DNA from: a virus
Virus genome (UHGV): UHGV-0348865
Length of the DNA: 64,000 nucleotides
Direction: 5' to 3' (one strand)
Every line of letters begins with the position of its first letter. The first letter of the stretch is position 1. Below, in pieces: positions 37,522 through 45,078 of the stretch. The notes under the pieces are model-generated. The model was not told where the DNA came from and searched no databases. It saw only the letters and a program-made list of their open reading frames with translations. Both the position numbers and the translations under genes were made by a program.

Positions 37522-38445
37522 GAGCACTCACTAAGCAAATCATCGCTTCAGTGAAAAGCGTAACAACGGCTAACAGTTGCATAGTGTGAGAAAGCACACT
37601 GATAGATTTACCGCTCTTTAATAATTTAAACATTCTCCTATATCGGTTGAATATGTTAGATGATAATAACCATCGGATAACATACCAGATAAAACGGCGT
37701 AAAACTCCCTAAATTATCAGGGTAAACAGGTTTACATTCCCTTACTGGAAACGTCACCACTGATAAACGGATTCATTGAGTGCACGCAAAGACTTAAGCT
37801 AATCGCCCACGGTTAAGGGTAGCGGCGGCTATCGCTAACAAGGCGCTACAGTGAAAGAAGTTAATCAGGGTAGGCAAGTCCGAAGAATTAACGCCCAATT
37901 GAGGGCGGCGGGGAGTGGTTAAAAAGTGGCAAATTGCTATTTAACAATAAGGTTTAGTGTGAACGTTTACGATGTGAACGGCTTGAGATTCATCACAAGA
38001 TGAAAGTACATAGTCGGTTTATGTAGTAAACTTGCCGAAAGATATAAAACGTCAGAACATTAGACGGTCAATGACTCTTTCACAATAGCATCCCGTTGTG
38101 GGCGATGGCTAGTGATTGAGAGTTGATACAAAAGGATAGGCGAGAGCGAAAGCAAAGTAGACGATATTGCCGACGGTTACAATAAACGTAACTAATTAGA
38201 GTCGGACGCACTGCCTTATTGTGATGATTGATCATCGCTATCAGGTCGGCTTGGTTTATAGCGACTAATTAAAGATACCAGATGAAACATCACAGATAAG
38301 GGGGCGGCAAGGTTAACTCCTGATAAGACCGCCCCGCTTATCAATAATTACTTAACAATGAGTGATTATCGATAAGTCAATAGTGACTTAAAAAGCTCAT
38401 AGCGAGCGGGGGCAATAGTGCCCTTACAATTGAAAGGTGAATATC

Positions 38446-39345
38446 ATGGCTAAAGTTTTTAATCTGGTAAAAGAATCTGGTTTTAACGCACTGGCTAACA
38501 ACATTCGTAGCAATAACGCGGCGATTAAACAAGATGTTTCTAATTTTCTGTTAGGGCACTTGCAGCACTTCCGCAGTAACGGTAAAAAGCTGGACGTATT
38601 GCAGGCGGCGGTTGACTTTCTGTTAACTGAACGTTTTCGTGATATGGATGTGATCGCCACTGCAATTACTTTCTTAACTCCCATCAAGTTTAACACCGAT
38701 GCGGCAAACGGTCGTAAAAAGTGGATTAATCTGGAAGGTGAGGCGAAAGCGAAAGAAGATGCGAAAGAAGCGCAAATTAAGGCCAAAATGGAACAAAACC
38801 GCGCTCGCTGGTCAAATGCTTTCGAAAACTTTGCTTTAGGCCGTGAAATTGAAGTCGATAACCCTAACTTTTACAAGGGTTGTAATGACAACGTGGCGGC
38901 ACACCTGCAAATTCCGGCGAAAAACAAGGAAGATTTTAATCAGGATATTTACGCTTTAGTTGAACGCTTGAATGCAATCCGTATTGAAGCCAAATTACTG
39001 GCTGATGAGCGCAACGGCGCAACTAGCGATAACACTATCGCCCTGAGTGAAGAAGTTGGGAAGGTTAAAAAGTCCTTTGATTCACTCATCAAGAAAGTCA
39101 CGGCCTCAACGGTAGCGATCTCGGATGATTATCTGATGAACGCATCAAGCAAGGAATTAGAATCACTCGATTCATACGCTGATGAAATGGAAAAGACTGT
39201 TGCAGCTATGCAGGAGAAGTTAGAAAGTCTGCGCGGTCGTATCTCTTCAACGGTTGCTACCCGTACCGAACAAGCTGCGAAGGCAGAAGAAGAAGAAGTA
39301 TTGCGTAAAGCGGCTGAGATTATGGCGGCACGTCAGGCGGCATAA
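38446..39345 (+). CDS. first early protein downstream of the long leader (about 300 aa, helical, function unknown)
   Basis: ATG preceded by GAAAGG; Ala/Lys/Glu-rich helical C-terminal half; followed by a strong terminator. Confidence 0.55.
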   Translation: MAKVFNLVKESGFNALANNIRSNNAAIKQDVSNFLLGHLQHFRSNGKKLDVLQAAVDFLLTERFRDMDVIATAITFLTPIKFNTDAANGRKKWINLEGEAKAKEDAKEAQIKAKMEQNRARWSNAFENFALGREIEVDNPNFYKGCNDNVAAHLQIPAKNKEDFNQDIYALVERLNAIRIEAKLLADERNGATSDNTIALSEEVGKVKKSFDSLIKKVTASTVAISDDYLMNASSKELESLDSYADEMEKTVAAMQEKLESLRGRISSTVATRTEQAAKAEEEEVLRKAAEIMAARQAA

Positions 39346-39367
39346 GTAAGACAATATAAATAAACAT

Positions 39368-39405
39368 AAGGCGCTATCTTAACGGGTAGCGCCTTTTCTT
39401 TTATC
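39368..39405 (+). terminator. rho-independent terminator
   Basis: AAGGCGCTA-loop-TAGCGCCTT followed by TTCTTTTAT. Confidence 0.65.
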
Positions 39406-39447
39406 AGTGCATTGATTCAGTGCATTAATCAAAGAATTTAATCAAAG

Positions 39448-39675
39448 GTGATGATCATGTTAATTACGCATACCACGATTTATAGGAATCTTGTCAACGG
39501 TCAACATTACCGCCTATCTAAAAAATATGGCGTTGAATGCAAATGTATTATTACCGGTGAATGGTATCCGTCACCAATGAAGATTGAAACATTGGAACGT
39601 GAAGCGATCAGCTATATTATCACGCAAGAAACAACGTTAGGCCGTATCTTAAGAAAGTTGGGATTGAGAAAATGA
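39448..39675 (+). CDS. hypothetical small protein
   Basis: 75-aa ORF; start overlaps RBS-like GGTGATGATC. Confidence 0.4.
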   Translation: MMIMLITHTTIYRNLVNGQHYRLSKKYGVECKCIITGEWYPSPMKIETLEREAISYIITQETTLGRILRKLGLRK

Positions 39676-39896
39676 TATTCAGTAGTAATTTTGGCAAGTG
39701 TCCTATTTGTGAGAAACATCGCAGCACGGGCAACCATCGAAAATGCAGTAAGATATTACAGCGCCAACGTGATAACAACCATTGGGATACTGTACACACT
39801 AACCAGCGTAAAGAAGAAGTTAGGAAAATGGCTGTTAAAGCGTCATTTGCTCAATCCACTCGTATTGAACACATTCAAAGGTATCAAGCATTATGA
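39672..39896 (+). CDS. small Cys/His-containing (possible zinc-binding) protein
   Basis: CPICEKH...H...C pattern; ATGA start/stop overlap with the upstream gene. Confidence 0.4.
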   Translation: MIFSSNFGKCPICEKHRSTGNHRKCSKILQRQRDNNHWDTVHTNQRKEEVRKMAVKASFAQSTRIEHIQRYQAL

Positions 39897-40102
39897 TCAC
39901 TAACATTTCAGAATTTAAGAAAGCACCTTCCCGCTTGTTAGGCCGTCGTGTTGTATATCTTTACAGCAATAAAGGTAAATGTACAACCGGACGAATCACA
40001 ACGGTGAGTAGTGCTAACAAGAAACTACTAAAGTTATGTGTGACTATGGATGATGGTACAATCCTGCTACGCAGTTGGAAGTCATTTAGTTTACTCGATT
40101 AA
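39893..40102 (+). CDS. hypothetical small protein
   Basis: 69-aa ORF with ATGA overlap coupling. Confidence 0.4.
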   Translation: MITNISEFKKAPSRLLGRRVVYLYSNKGKCTTGRITTVSSANKKLLKLCVTMDDGTILLRSWKSFSLLD

Positions 40103-40171
40103 GTTATTTGTTCAAGCCTGTCACCTTGATGGGCTTGCCCGATATAATTTATCACTAAAAGGAATAAGATT

Positions 40172-40615
40172 GTGGCTAAATCTAAAATCAGCATGAAGGG
40201 CGGGCGTTGTTTTGCTATCTCTGAACTGGAGAAAGAGAAGCCAAAGGCAACTAATCACGTTAGCAAGCGTAGTCTAAAACGTCGTGCTGCAAAAGCTGAG
40301 GCTGAATCCCATGTTCCTTCCAGTGTGGCAAAACGTATAGGCCATCGTGTCCATCGGGCTGATGCGTTGTTGTTAGCTGATCATAAACGCTCTTTGTTAA
40401 AGAGCGGGGGAGCTAAAACAGAAGAGGAGAAGAAGTTAGAAATCTTCTGTAATGGTCGCACCCGTGGTAAACAGAAGTTTAAAGGTAGTACGAAAGACCC
40501 GCAGGCTTTCCCTAAGACAAGTCAGTGTGCGCCTGATGTATTCTACGCAGATAGTAAACACAAGTGGGGTGTTGAGAAATACATTGACCCCATTAAAGAG
40601 GCGAGGGTAAAATGA
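40172..40615 (+). CDS. basic (Lys/Arg-rich) early protein
   Basis: GTG start preceded by AAGGAA; contains the internal palindrome CGCTCTTTGTTAAAGAGCG. Confidence 0.45.
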   Translation: MAKSKISMKGGRCFAISELEKEKPKATNHVSKRSLKRRAAKAEAESHVPSSVAKRIGHRVHRADALLLADHKRSLLKSGGAKTEEEKKLEIFCNGRTRGKQKFKGSTKDPQAFPKTSQCAPDVFYADSKHKWGVEKYIDPIKEARVK

Positions 40616-40794
40616 TTTATTCAGAGATTCTAAATAAAGTCAGAGAGATGCGGCAAGGTGATGCAGTAGTTGATGTTCTGGTTCATCTGGTAGCATCCTT
40701 GCAAGAAGAAAACGATTTGCTAAAGAAGGAAATAGAATCTAGAAGTAGAGAAAGGGATAGGAAATCATTATGGAATAGCACTCCTCTCTTTTAG
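40612..40794 (+). CDS. hypothetical small protein
   Basis: 60-aa ORF with ATGA overlap coupling. Confidence 0.4.
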   Translation: MIYSEILNKVREMRQGDAVVDVLVHLVASLQEENDLLKKEIESRSRERDRKSLWNSTPLF

Positions 40795-40830
40795 TACTAT
40801 GACGCTCTTTCTGTAGCGTCGTGCCCTCTC
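40783..40830 (+). repeat. conserved TTTTAGTACTATGACGC element, copy 1
   Basis: About 35-nt block CTCTTTTAGTACTATGACGCTCTTTCTGTAGCG also present at 48868; followed by terminators. Confidence 0.45.
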
Positions 40831-40850
40831 CCCATTTGAAGCTTCCGAAT

Positions 40851-40876
40851 AGCCGCCTTTGAGCGGCTTTTTGCGT
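40851..40876 (+). terminator. rho-independent terminator
   Basis: AGCCGCC-TTTGA-GCGGCT followed by TTTTGCG. Confidence 0.5.
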
Positions 40877-40935
40877 TGCTGTAAGTACATTTGCGAGTGT
40901 ATTTATAGCAACGGTCATGTGTTGCTTTCAGGTTT

Positions 40936-40963
40936 GCCCCGGCTACGGCTGGGGCTTTTTTAT
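40936..40963 (+). terminator. rho-independent terminator
   Basis: GCCCCGGC-TACG-GCTGGGGC followed by TTTTTTAT. Confidence 0.65.
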
Positions 40964-40985
40964 ACCTATTGTATAGGAATTTTCT

Positions 40986-41303
40986 ATGAAAAACCCGTTC
41001 GAGCTGATAAGTACAGACCCTGTAGAGGCTAACATGCTTTCATTGAAATCCAAGCTGATCATCATTCTTACGAAGTTAATTCGTGATCAGGGTTGGTCGC
41101 AGTGTGTTGCCGCAGAGAAGCTAGGTGTTAGCCAGCCGAGGATTAGTAGCCTTATGAATGGACAGCTTTCAAAGTTCTCCATCGACACATTGTTGAAATT
41201 GATTCTCAAGGTGGGGTATGAGCTGGACATGAACTTCACCCCATTAAACACCAGATCGCCACTTGCAATAGCTGTAAAAGGTGATGATATAAGTTACAAA
41301 TAG
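40986..41303 (+). CDS. XRE/HigA-family helix-turn-helix DNA-binding protein
   Basis: Canonical HTH WSQCVAAEKLGVSQPRISSLMNGQ followed by the FSIDTLLKLILKVGYEL segment typical of HigA-like regulators. Confidence 0.75.
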   Translation: MKNPFELISTDPVEANMLSLKSKLIIILTKLIRDQGWSQCVAAEKLGVSQPRISSLMNGQLSKFSIDTLLKLILKVGYELDMNFTPLNTRSPLAIAVKGDDISYK

Positions 41304-41416
41304 TAAGATACCGCCTATTCCGAAAGGGATGGGTGGAGCTATAAGCATCTTTTCGAGGGTGTTTATTGAAACAACAAAATAGGAGGTAGCAAGTTCTGAT
41401 AACAACGGCACAGCTA

Positions 41417-41806
41417 ATGTTGACATTGACTATTTATTATGAGGCAGGGAATCAGCCAACCGCATGTAAGGCTTTAGTTGCGGATACCGTGATAAATAGA
41501 ATGGCCCAACGAAAACTGACCGCTGAACAGGTGATAAGACAAAAGAACCAGTTTGAGTGGATTCCGGTACTATTAAAACAGGAGAAACCTTATAAACGTT
41601 ATGTAAAGCTGATTCGTGATAAAAATCCGATGACTAAGCAAGCCATTGGAGAAAGCGAGCGACTTGCTAAACGTGCCCTTAAGAAGAATTATGTTCCTCT
41701 GTACAGTGGGACTTACTTTCAGAGTAAGAGCGAAGGGGTGCCAAAATGGTATGCCAATCCTATGTATTGTGGTGATTTAGTGTTCGATAATAGCTCTAGG
41801 GAATAA
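41417..41806 (+). CDS. putative cell-wall hydrolase (SleB-like domain)
   Basis: N-terminal block TIYYEAGNQPTACKALVADTVINR...QFEW resembles the SleB hydrolase motif; by-eye call. Confidence 0.4.
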   Translation: MLTLTIYYEAGNQPTACKALVADTVINRMAQRKLTAEQVIRQKNQFEWIPVLLKQEKPYKRYVKLIRDKNPMTKQAIGESERLAKRALKKNYVPLYSGTYFQSKSEGVPKWYANPMYCGDLVFDNSSRE

Positions 41807-42005
41807 TCACTAGTGCCAGATTTGACAAACTAAATTCCTTTATAAACCAACCACTTAGTAAATTTATTGAAAAAGATGGTAGTATTCTGGGACTATGGGT
41901 AATGCTCTGTATATAGACCCTTTGAAAATTTCTTAGAAAATAAGTTTACTAAATATAACTTACTTAAATAATATTACTTTTAATCTCTGATAAGGGGTAA
42001 ATAAT

Positions 42006-42302
42006 ATGACTTTAGAAGTATATAAATTCCTTTTTGTAAGCTGTTTAACTATCAGCGTTATAGGATTTATTGTTCTCAGAAACAAAGCAGCAAGCTGGGA
42101 GAGAATGTATAAATCCCTAGTCCGAGTGGATGAGATGTATAATGAGAAAGTTAAAGTAACTCTTAACGATCTTATTATGCAAGTTGAAGACAGAAACAAG
42201 CGTCTTCAGAACCTCAATCATGAAGTGTTGCGCCTTGCTCGTGCTAATGAAGACTTACGAGTGGCTATTGCTAAGCAGCAGGAGATTAACAGTGAAAGTT
42301 AA
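42006..42302 (+). CDS. membrane-anchored coiled-coil protein
   Basis: N-terminal transmembrane segment FLFVSCLTISVIGFIVL followed by a helical, heptad-like region. Confidence 0.5.
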   Translation: MTLEVYKFLFVSCLTISVIGFIVLRNKAASWERMYKSLVRVDEMYNEKVKVTLNDLIMQVEDRNKRLQNLNHEVLRLARANEDLRVAIAKQQEINSES

Positions 42303-42528
42303 TATTAAATCTGATCGTACAATGCTTCGATTAAATAATATGAAGCCGGGGGTTCTGTTTGAGCGTAAAGAATCCCTTTATATTAGAACCGACACATTGT
42401 ACGCAGACAATTATGTCAACTGTGTTGATGTGGTAACTGGAAAGCTCATGCCTTTTAAACGGGATGAAATTTGCCAAGTACGCAGCGATCTCCACATAAC
42501 TAACATAGAGACTAAAGATGAAGATTGA
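42292..42528 (+). CDS. small paralogous early protein family member (divergent)
   Basis: GTG start after AGGAGA; pattern PGVLF...Y...CVDVVTGKL matches the family consensus. Confidence 0.4.
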   Translation: MKVNIKSDRTMLRLNNMKPGVLFERKESLYIRTDTLYADNYVNCVDVVTGKLMPFKRDEICQVRSDLHITNIETKDED

Positions 42529-42769
42529 TCTTGAGTTTAAGAATCCAGAGCTGAAAGTAGGTGATTTGAAACTTGGAGATGTATTCCAAGTGAAGGCAAC
42601 ATGTATTGACCATTACATGATTGTCCAGCTATACACACCACATGTGTCAGAGACTGATCTTCGGAATGGTTGTGTAGTACTTAGTTTAAATACCAATCAA
42701 GTAATGAAGCTAGACTCAAACTTACCTGTTTCGGTTATCCATAATGTAGTAATTACCAATCGGAAGTGA
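42518..42769 (+). CDS. small paralogous early protein family member
   Basis: LKLGDVFQV ... CVVLSLNTNQV family pattern; overlaps its neighbours by a few nt. Confidence 0.5.
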   Translation: MKIDLEFKNPELKVGDLKLGDVFQVKATCIDHYMIVQLYTPHVSETDLRNGCVVLSLNTNQVMKLDSNLPVSVIHNVVITNRK

Positions 42770-42984
42770 TTATGAACATTGAAAAGAAGGTTGCTGATGA
42801 GGCTGTTCAGTTGCGATCTCTTGAAACACATGATGTATTTGTGTGGAGAGGTAGCCTGTTTCAGAAATCTGCCTATGCTGTAGAGGGCGGGGTTCGTTGT
42901 TTTAATATCCTTAACAACGAGATGCAAATCCTTCCTAACTTCGCTCATGTTAATAAGTTAGTTCATCTAACCATCAATCAATAA
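42766..42984 (+). CDS. small paralogous early protein family member (divergent)
   Basis: ETHDVFVW ... CFNILNNEM pattern. Confidence 0.45.
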   Translation: MIMNIEKKVADEAVQLRSLETHDVFVWRGSLFQKSAYAVEGGVRCFNILNNEMQILPNFAHVNKLVHLTINQ

Positions 42985-42994
42985 AGGTAAGTAG

Positions 42995-43213
42995 ATGGAA
43001 ATTAAAGTAGTTGATTATCCTAAATATGCAAATGCAGAAGACGTTAAAGGTGGTGATGTTTTCTCTTACGACAGACGTTTCTGGCTGATGTTAGAAGATA
43101 AAACTCCCGATGGTTTGTGTAAGGCCGCTAACCTGAACAGTGGTTCTGTTGAAGTCTTCGGTCTATCAACCACTGTTATGCCACGTCCTGATCTGTGTTT
43201 ATCCCAAAAGTAA
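42995..43213 (+). CDS. small paralogous early protein family member
   Basis: VKGGDVFSY ... AANLNSGSVEV pattern. Confidence 0.5.
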   Translation: MEIKVVDYPKYANAEDVKGGDVFSYDRRFWLMLEDKTPDGLCKAANLNSGSVEVFGLSTTVMPRPDLCLSQK

Positions 43214-43335
43214 CACCGACTTATAGCCCTTGTGTTTATCAGAGGGCTATGTGAGGGTGTTCCTCATTAACTTATTAATTCAGGCATATGCCACACCGCT
43301 AGGGAGAGCTTGCTCGAACATCCGGTGTTAGACTA
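43214..43335 (+). repeat. conserved about 120-nt intergenic element, copy 1 (hairpin + GCTAGGGAGAG + CTCGAACATCCG boxes)
   Basis: Shares ACTTATAGCC-[stem-loop]-GGGCTATGTGAG, GCTAGGGAGAG and CTCGAACATCCG with the copy at 49663-49790; the inner stem differs while the outer stem is conserved. Confidence 0.5.
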
Positions 43336-43571
43336 AAACCTGTTAATTTTCGAAAGACTTTCCGATATGTAGGGGTACGTATTGGTTTGGGATTCAGGAG
43401 ACTTCCTAGGGGTAGGGAGTCTTCACCAGTTGGGATAAGAGATAGCTCTAGAACCTGAACTCTTAGGCAGAGAAGGTCGGCAATGAGTACGCGGTCAGGG
43501 TTAGTCTACTGACTAGGGCTATCCCTTATATCAACTGGCAATAATGCCTCCACTAACAAAGAGAGATAGGT

Positions 43572-43712
43572 ATGAAAGTATCAACCAAACGTATGAACCG
43601 CCCTGAACGTATGGATGCAGTAGCTAATGGTGCTCTGAAACTGGAAGGCTTCTGGATTCATGCAATGTCAGCCATTCGTAACAAGCAAGGCAATTGGACC
43701 TATGCCGGTTAA
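43572..43712 (+). CDS. hypothetical small protein (46 aa)
   Basis: Below the track cutoff; its stop overlaps the ATG of the next gene; coordinates approximate. Confidence 0.3.
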   Translation: MKVSTKRMNRPERMDAVANGALKLEGFWIHAMSAIRNKQGNWTYAG

Positions 43713-43911
43713 AACAGTTCATGTAATAGGTATGCGAGAGATCATTCGCATTGCCTTGATGGAACACACTGATCGCAACGCTCAACTAACGCAAATCTCT
43801 AAGTGTCTTAACTGCTCAAGAGATGTGGCTAAGGAGTTGATGTTCGCATTCCTTTATAATGCAGAAGACGAGATGCTACAGAATCATCTGATTCGTGGTG
43901 TGAGTCAATAA
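43702..43911 (+). CDS. hypothetical small protein
   Basis: Internal Met (MPVKTV) chosen as start because of the overlap with the upstream small ORF; terminator follows. Confidence 0.4.
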   Translation: MPVKTVHVIGMREIIRIALMEHTDRNAQLTQISKCLNCSRDVAKELMFAFLYNAEDEMLQNHLIRGVSQ

Positions 43912-43916
43912 AGAAA

Positions 43917-43946
43917 GGCTGCCTTCGGGCGGCCTTTGTTGTTTTA
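43917..43946 (+). terminator. rho-independent terminator
   Basis: AGGCTGCC-TTCG-GGCGGCCT followed by TTGTTGTTTT. Confidence 0.65.
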
Positions 43947-43989
43947 ATTAAGGGACAACTCTTACTTAAACTAACAAGAGGAAGCTAAA

Positions 43990-44166
43990 ATGTCTAAGCA
44001 AACAATCAAACATACTCAAGCTGGTTACTCTTATGTCAACTCCCCTTGCTGCGGTGCTCGTATTAGTCTGGTTAAGGAAGAGGTTCGTATCGTTCAGCGT
44101 GGCGCTACTGTTGTTCGTGCATGCTGTGTATGTGGTAATGATATTTTCATTAAAGGTAAAGTATGA
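43990..44166 (+). CDS. small zinc-ribbon protein (58 aa)
   Basis: AAGAGGAAG RBS; two Cys pairs (SPCCG ... CCVCG); stop overlaps the next ATG; below the track cutoff. Confidence 0.45.
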   Translation: MSKQTIKHTQAGYSYVNSPCCGARISLVKEEVRIVQRGATVVRACCVCGNDIFIKGKV

Positions 44167-44387
44167 TTATCGTTCGCTCTGAGCCTAAAGATAACACTTT
44201 TGGCAGCCTCCGTAATGGTGATGTGTTCTCTCTAGAGATAGACGGGGATACAAAACCTCCTTTATATATGAAGGTTATGCACAGACATGCTATCTGTATA
44301 AATAACCCTGAAACAAGATTTACATTTGATAGAAGTTGTCCTGTCAGATTTTATCAAGCTACCCTAAACGTCAGGAGAGTAGGATGA
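44163..44387 (+). CDS. small paralogous early protein family member
   Basis: LRNGDVFSL ... family N-terminal pattern. Confidence 0.5.
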   Translation: MIIVRSEPKDNTFGSLRNGDVFSLEIDGDTKPPLYMKVMHRHAICINNPETRFTFDRSCPVRFYQATLNVRRVG

Positions 44388-44635
44388 AAAACTTCCAAGC
44401 TGCACCAATCACTAAAGTGATCGAAGTTGACGGTGTGATGATGACTGTTCCTCTGAATACCCGTCACATTGCGATTGATAAGATGGGATATGTGTGGGCT
44501 TGGAAGATTAAGCCCTCTTACAATGAACTCTTTGATGAGTTTGTTTGCACTGGCACATATAGCCCTACGTTCTTGGGTATCTTTGAAGATTTCAAAGGCA
44601 AGCCTAAGATTATCACACTCCCTGCATGTGCTTGA
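44384..44635 (+). CDS. hypothetical small protein
   Basis: Start at internal Met (MKNFQ) with AGGAG upstream. Confidence 0.4.
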   Translation: MKNFQAAPITKVIEVDGVMMTVPLNTRHIAIDKMGYVWAWKIKPSYNELFDEFVCTGTYSPTFLGIFEDFKGKPKIITLPACA

Positions 44636-44642
44636 GGTTGTT

Positions 44643-44897
44643 ATGAAAGTTTCTAAACGCTGGGCAATATTTGGAGAGATTCAAATAGGTGGTGAGATTA
44701 GGAGTGGAAGCTCCCAACTTGTAGCAGTGTTTGACTCTTATCCAACAGAAGAGTTCCTTATGAAGCTTTCTATTCCTGAACCTCGAAAGAAGGATGTAAT
44801 TAAGCGCATTCTGGAAAGGGGTGTAGGTTTCTGGAAAGAGGATTGGTACTCTAAAGGCTATATACTCAGAGAGATTGATTATGTTCAAATGGTTTAA
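44643..44897 (+). CDS. hypothetical small protein
   Basis: Start at internal Met (MKVSKRW) after GAGG. Confidence 0.4.
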   Translation: MKVSKRWAIFGEIQIGGEIRSGSSQLVAVFDSYPTEEFLMKLSIPEPRKKDVIKRILERGVGFWKEDWYSKGYILREIDYVQMV

Positions 44898-45045
44898 ACG
44901 TCTCGTGCATCTGCACGATTGGGTAATCCTTGAAAAATATTCTCTGAGGATTACCGATGATTGTGGCGGGACAAAGCACAAAGGTCTCCGCTATATCATG
45001 CAGTGTAAAGTGTGTGGTAGTATTACCTATCGTGACATTATTTAA
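44881..45045 (+). CDS. small Cys-containing protein (54 aa)
   Basis: Overlaps the upstream stop; CGG ... CKVCG pattern; below the track cutoff; coordinates approximate. Confidence 0.3.
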   Translation: MFKWFKRLVHLHDWVILEKYSLRITDDCGGTKHKGLRYIMQCKVCGSITYRDII

Positions 45046-45078
45046 ATAAATCTGCGCTCTTAGCTCAACGGAGGGGTT

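Larger units (their letters stand above)
37141..37624 (+). repeat. four dispersed CCGCTCTTTAA(A/T)AA boxes interleaved with the tandem promoters
   Basis: Copies near 37141, 37250, 37379 and 37611; the core CGCTCTTT also occurs at about 37016, 40388 (as a perfect palindrome), 40802 and 46340. Confidence 0.5.

Noticed and set aside
37141-37624. CRISPR-like array, suggested by regularly recurring CCGCTCTTTAAAAA boxes (and by the iterons at 34381-34508)
   Set aside because: Repeat units are only 14-18 bp, spacing is irregular (about 110-230 bp), each interval contains a promoter rather than a unique spacer, and no cas genes are present.
40612-41303. HigB/HigA-type toxin-antitoxin pair
   Set aside because: The HTH protein resembles HigA-like antitoxins, but the upstream 60-aa ORF has no RelE/HigB-like features and two terminators separate them; treated as a lone regulator.
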